Part shown: positions 39,012-40,000 of the stretch, one piece after another
Layout: every line of letters begins with the position of its first letter
Position numbering within the stretch: the first letter of the stretch is position 1
From: Escherichia coli
GTDB lineage: Bacteria; Pseudomonadota; Gammaproteobacteria; Enterobacterales; Enterobacteriaceae
DNA length: 40,000 bases
Direction: 5' to 3' (one strand)
Assembly (NCBI RefSeq): GCF_022558725.1
Contig: NZ_CP060892.1
Notes under the pieces: generated by a model
The model's database searches: none
Told to the model about the DNA's origin: nothing
What the model saw: only the letters and a program-made list of their open reading frames with translations
Made by a program: the position numbers and the translations under genes

Positions 39012-39773
39012 ATGATTTTAAGTGCATTTTCTCTCGAAGGTAAAGTTGCGGTCGTCACTGGTTGTGATACTGGACTGGGTCAGGGGATGGCGTTGGGGCT
39101 GGCGCAAGCGGGCTGTGACATTGTTGGCATTAACATCGTTGAACCGACTGAAACCATCGAGCAGGTCACAGCGCTGGGGCGTCGTTTTTTAAGCCTGACC
39201 GCCGATCTGCGAAAGATTGATGGTATTCCAGCACTGCTGGATCGCGCGGTAGCGGAGTTTGGTCATATTGATATCCTGGTGAATAACGCCGGATTGATTC
39301 GCCGCGAAGATGCTCTCGAGTTCAGCGAAAAGGACTGGGACGATGTCATGAACCTGAATATCAAGAGCGTATTCTTCATGTCTCAGGCAGCGGCGAAACA
39401 CTTTATCGCGCAAGGCAATGGCGGCAAGATTATCAATATCGCGTCAATGCTCTCCTTCCAGGGCGGGATCCGTGTGCCTTCTTATACCGCATCAAAAAGC
39501 GGCGTGATGGGTGTGACGCGATTGATGGCGAACGAATGGGCTAAACACAACATTAATGTTAATGCGATAGCCCCGGGTTACATGGCGACCAACAATACTC
39601 AACAACTACGGGCAGATGAACAACGTAGCGCGGAAATTCTCGACCGCATTCCAGCTGGTCGTTGGGGACTGCCGAGTGACCTGATGGGGCCGATAGTGTT
39701 CCTTGCCTCCAGCGCTTCAGATTATGTGAATGGTTATACCATTGCCGTGGATGGCGGTTGGCTGGCGCGTTAA
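39012..39773 (+). CDS. kduD: 2-dehydro-3-deoxy-D-gluconate 5-dehydrogenase (SDR family)
   Basis: 253 aa, NNAG and YTASKSGVMG motifs. Confidence 0.96.
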   Translation: MILSAFSLEGKVAVVTGCDTGLGQGMALGLAQAGCDIVGINIVEPTETIEQVTALGRRFLSLTADLRKIDGIPALLDRAVAEFGHIDILVNNAGLIRREDALEFSEKDWDDVMNLNIKSVFFMSQAAAKHFIAQGNGGKIINIASMLSFQGGIRVPSYTASKSGVMGVTRLMANEWAKHNINVNAIAPGYMATNNTQQLRADEQRSAEILDRIPAGRWGLPSDLMGPIVFLASSASDYVNGYTIAVDGGWLAR

Positions 39774-40000
39774 TTCATTCTTCTTACTTTTATGACCCTG
39801 CCGCATGGCAGGGTTTTTTATACCTGTAGATCATCATAATCCATATCATGGTTATGAAATAATCCATATTAATTATCAATTAATGAACTTTATGAATTTT
39901 ATCTGCTGTAAAATTAGGTGGTTAATAATAATCTCAATAATTCAACTTAATTTGAAAATTGGAATATCCATCACATAACGACATGTCGCAGCAATTTAAT

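Noticed and set aside
1-40000. CRISPR array or retron
   Set aside because: No regularly spaced repeat series or reverse transcriptase ORF was seen.

Overview
This is an Escherichia coli chromosomal window. It runs from ygeW (partial), ygeV and xdhABC through ygeR (actS) and tRNA-Gly(CCC) glyU, across a degraded ETT2 type III secretion island, to yqeG, yqeF, kduI and kduD. The standout feature is a compact integrative element of about 6.4 kb at glyU (about 7585-13997). It is bounded by a 17-bp direct repeat of the tRNA 3' end (TCCCTTCGCCCGCTCCA). It encodes a tyrosine integrase, a DUF4145-like protein, a Rha-like protein, a charged helical (scaffold-like) protein and a probable phage major capsid protein. 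I see no polymerase, terminase, portal or tail gene. Between the two halves are four same-direction promoters of the single-subunit phage RNA polymerase type: one exact 23-nt T7 consensus (TAATACGACTCACTATAGGGAGA), two of the type I recall for Klebsiella phage K11 (AATTAGGGCACACTATAGGGAGA, one exact and one with a single mismatch), and one further specificity variant (AATTAGGTAGCACTATAGGGAGA). The best interpretation is a satellite of T7-group (Autographiviridae) phages that encodes its own capsid and is switched on by helper RNA polymerases of several specificities. I infer this from sequence and it needs testing. The ETT2 island lacks the eivG-eivC part, with only a fragment resembling the eivJ tail. 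epaS and eprH are frameshifted, one response regulator has a nonsense codon, and there are IS186/IS421 and IS903-group insertions with clean target duplications.
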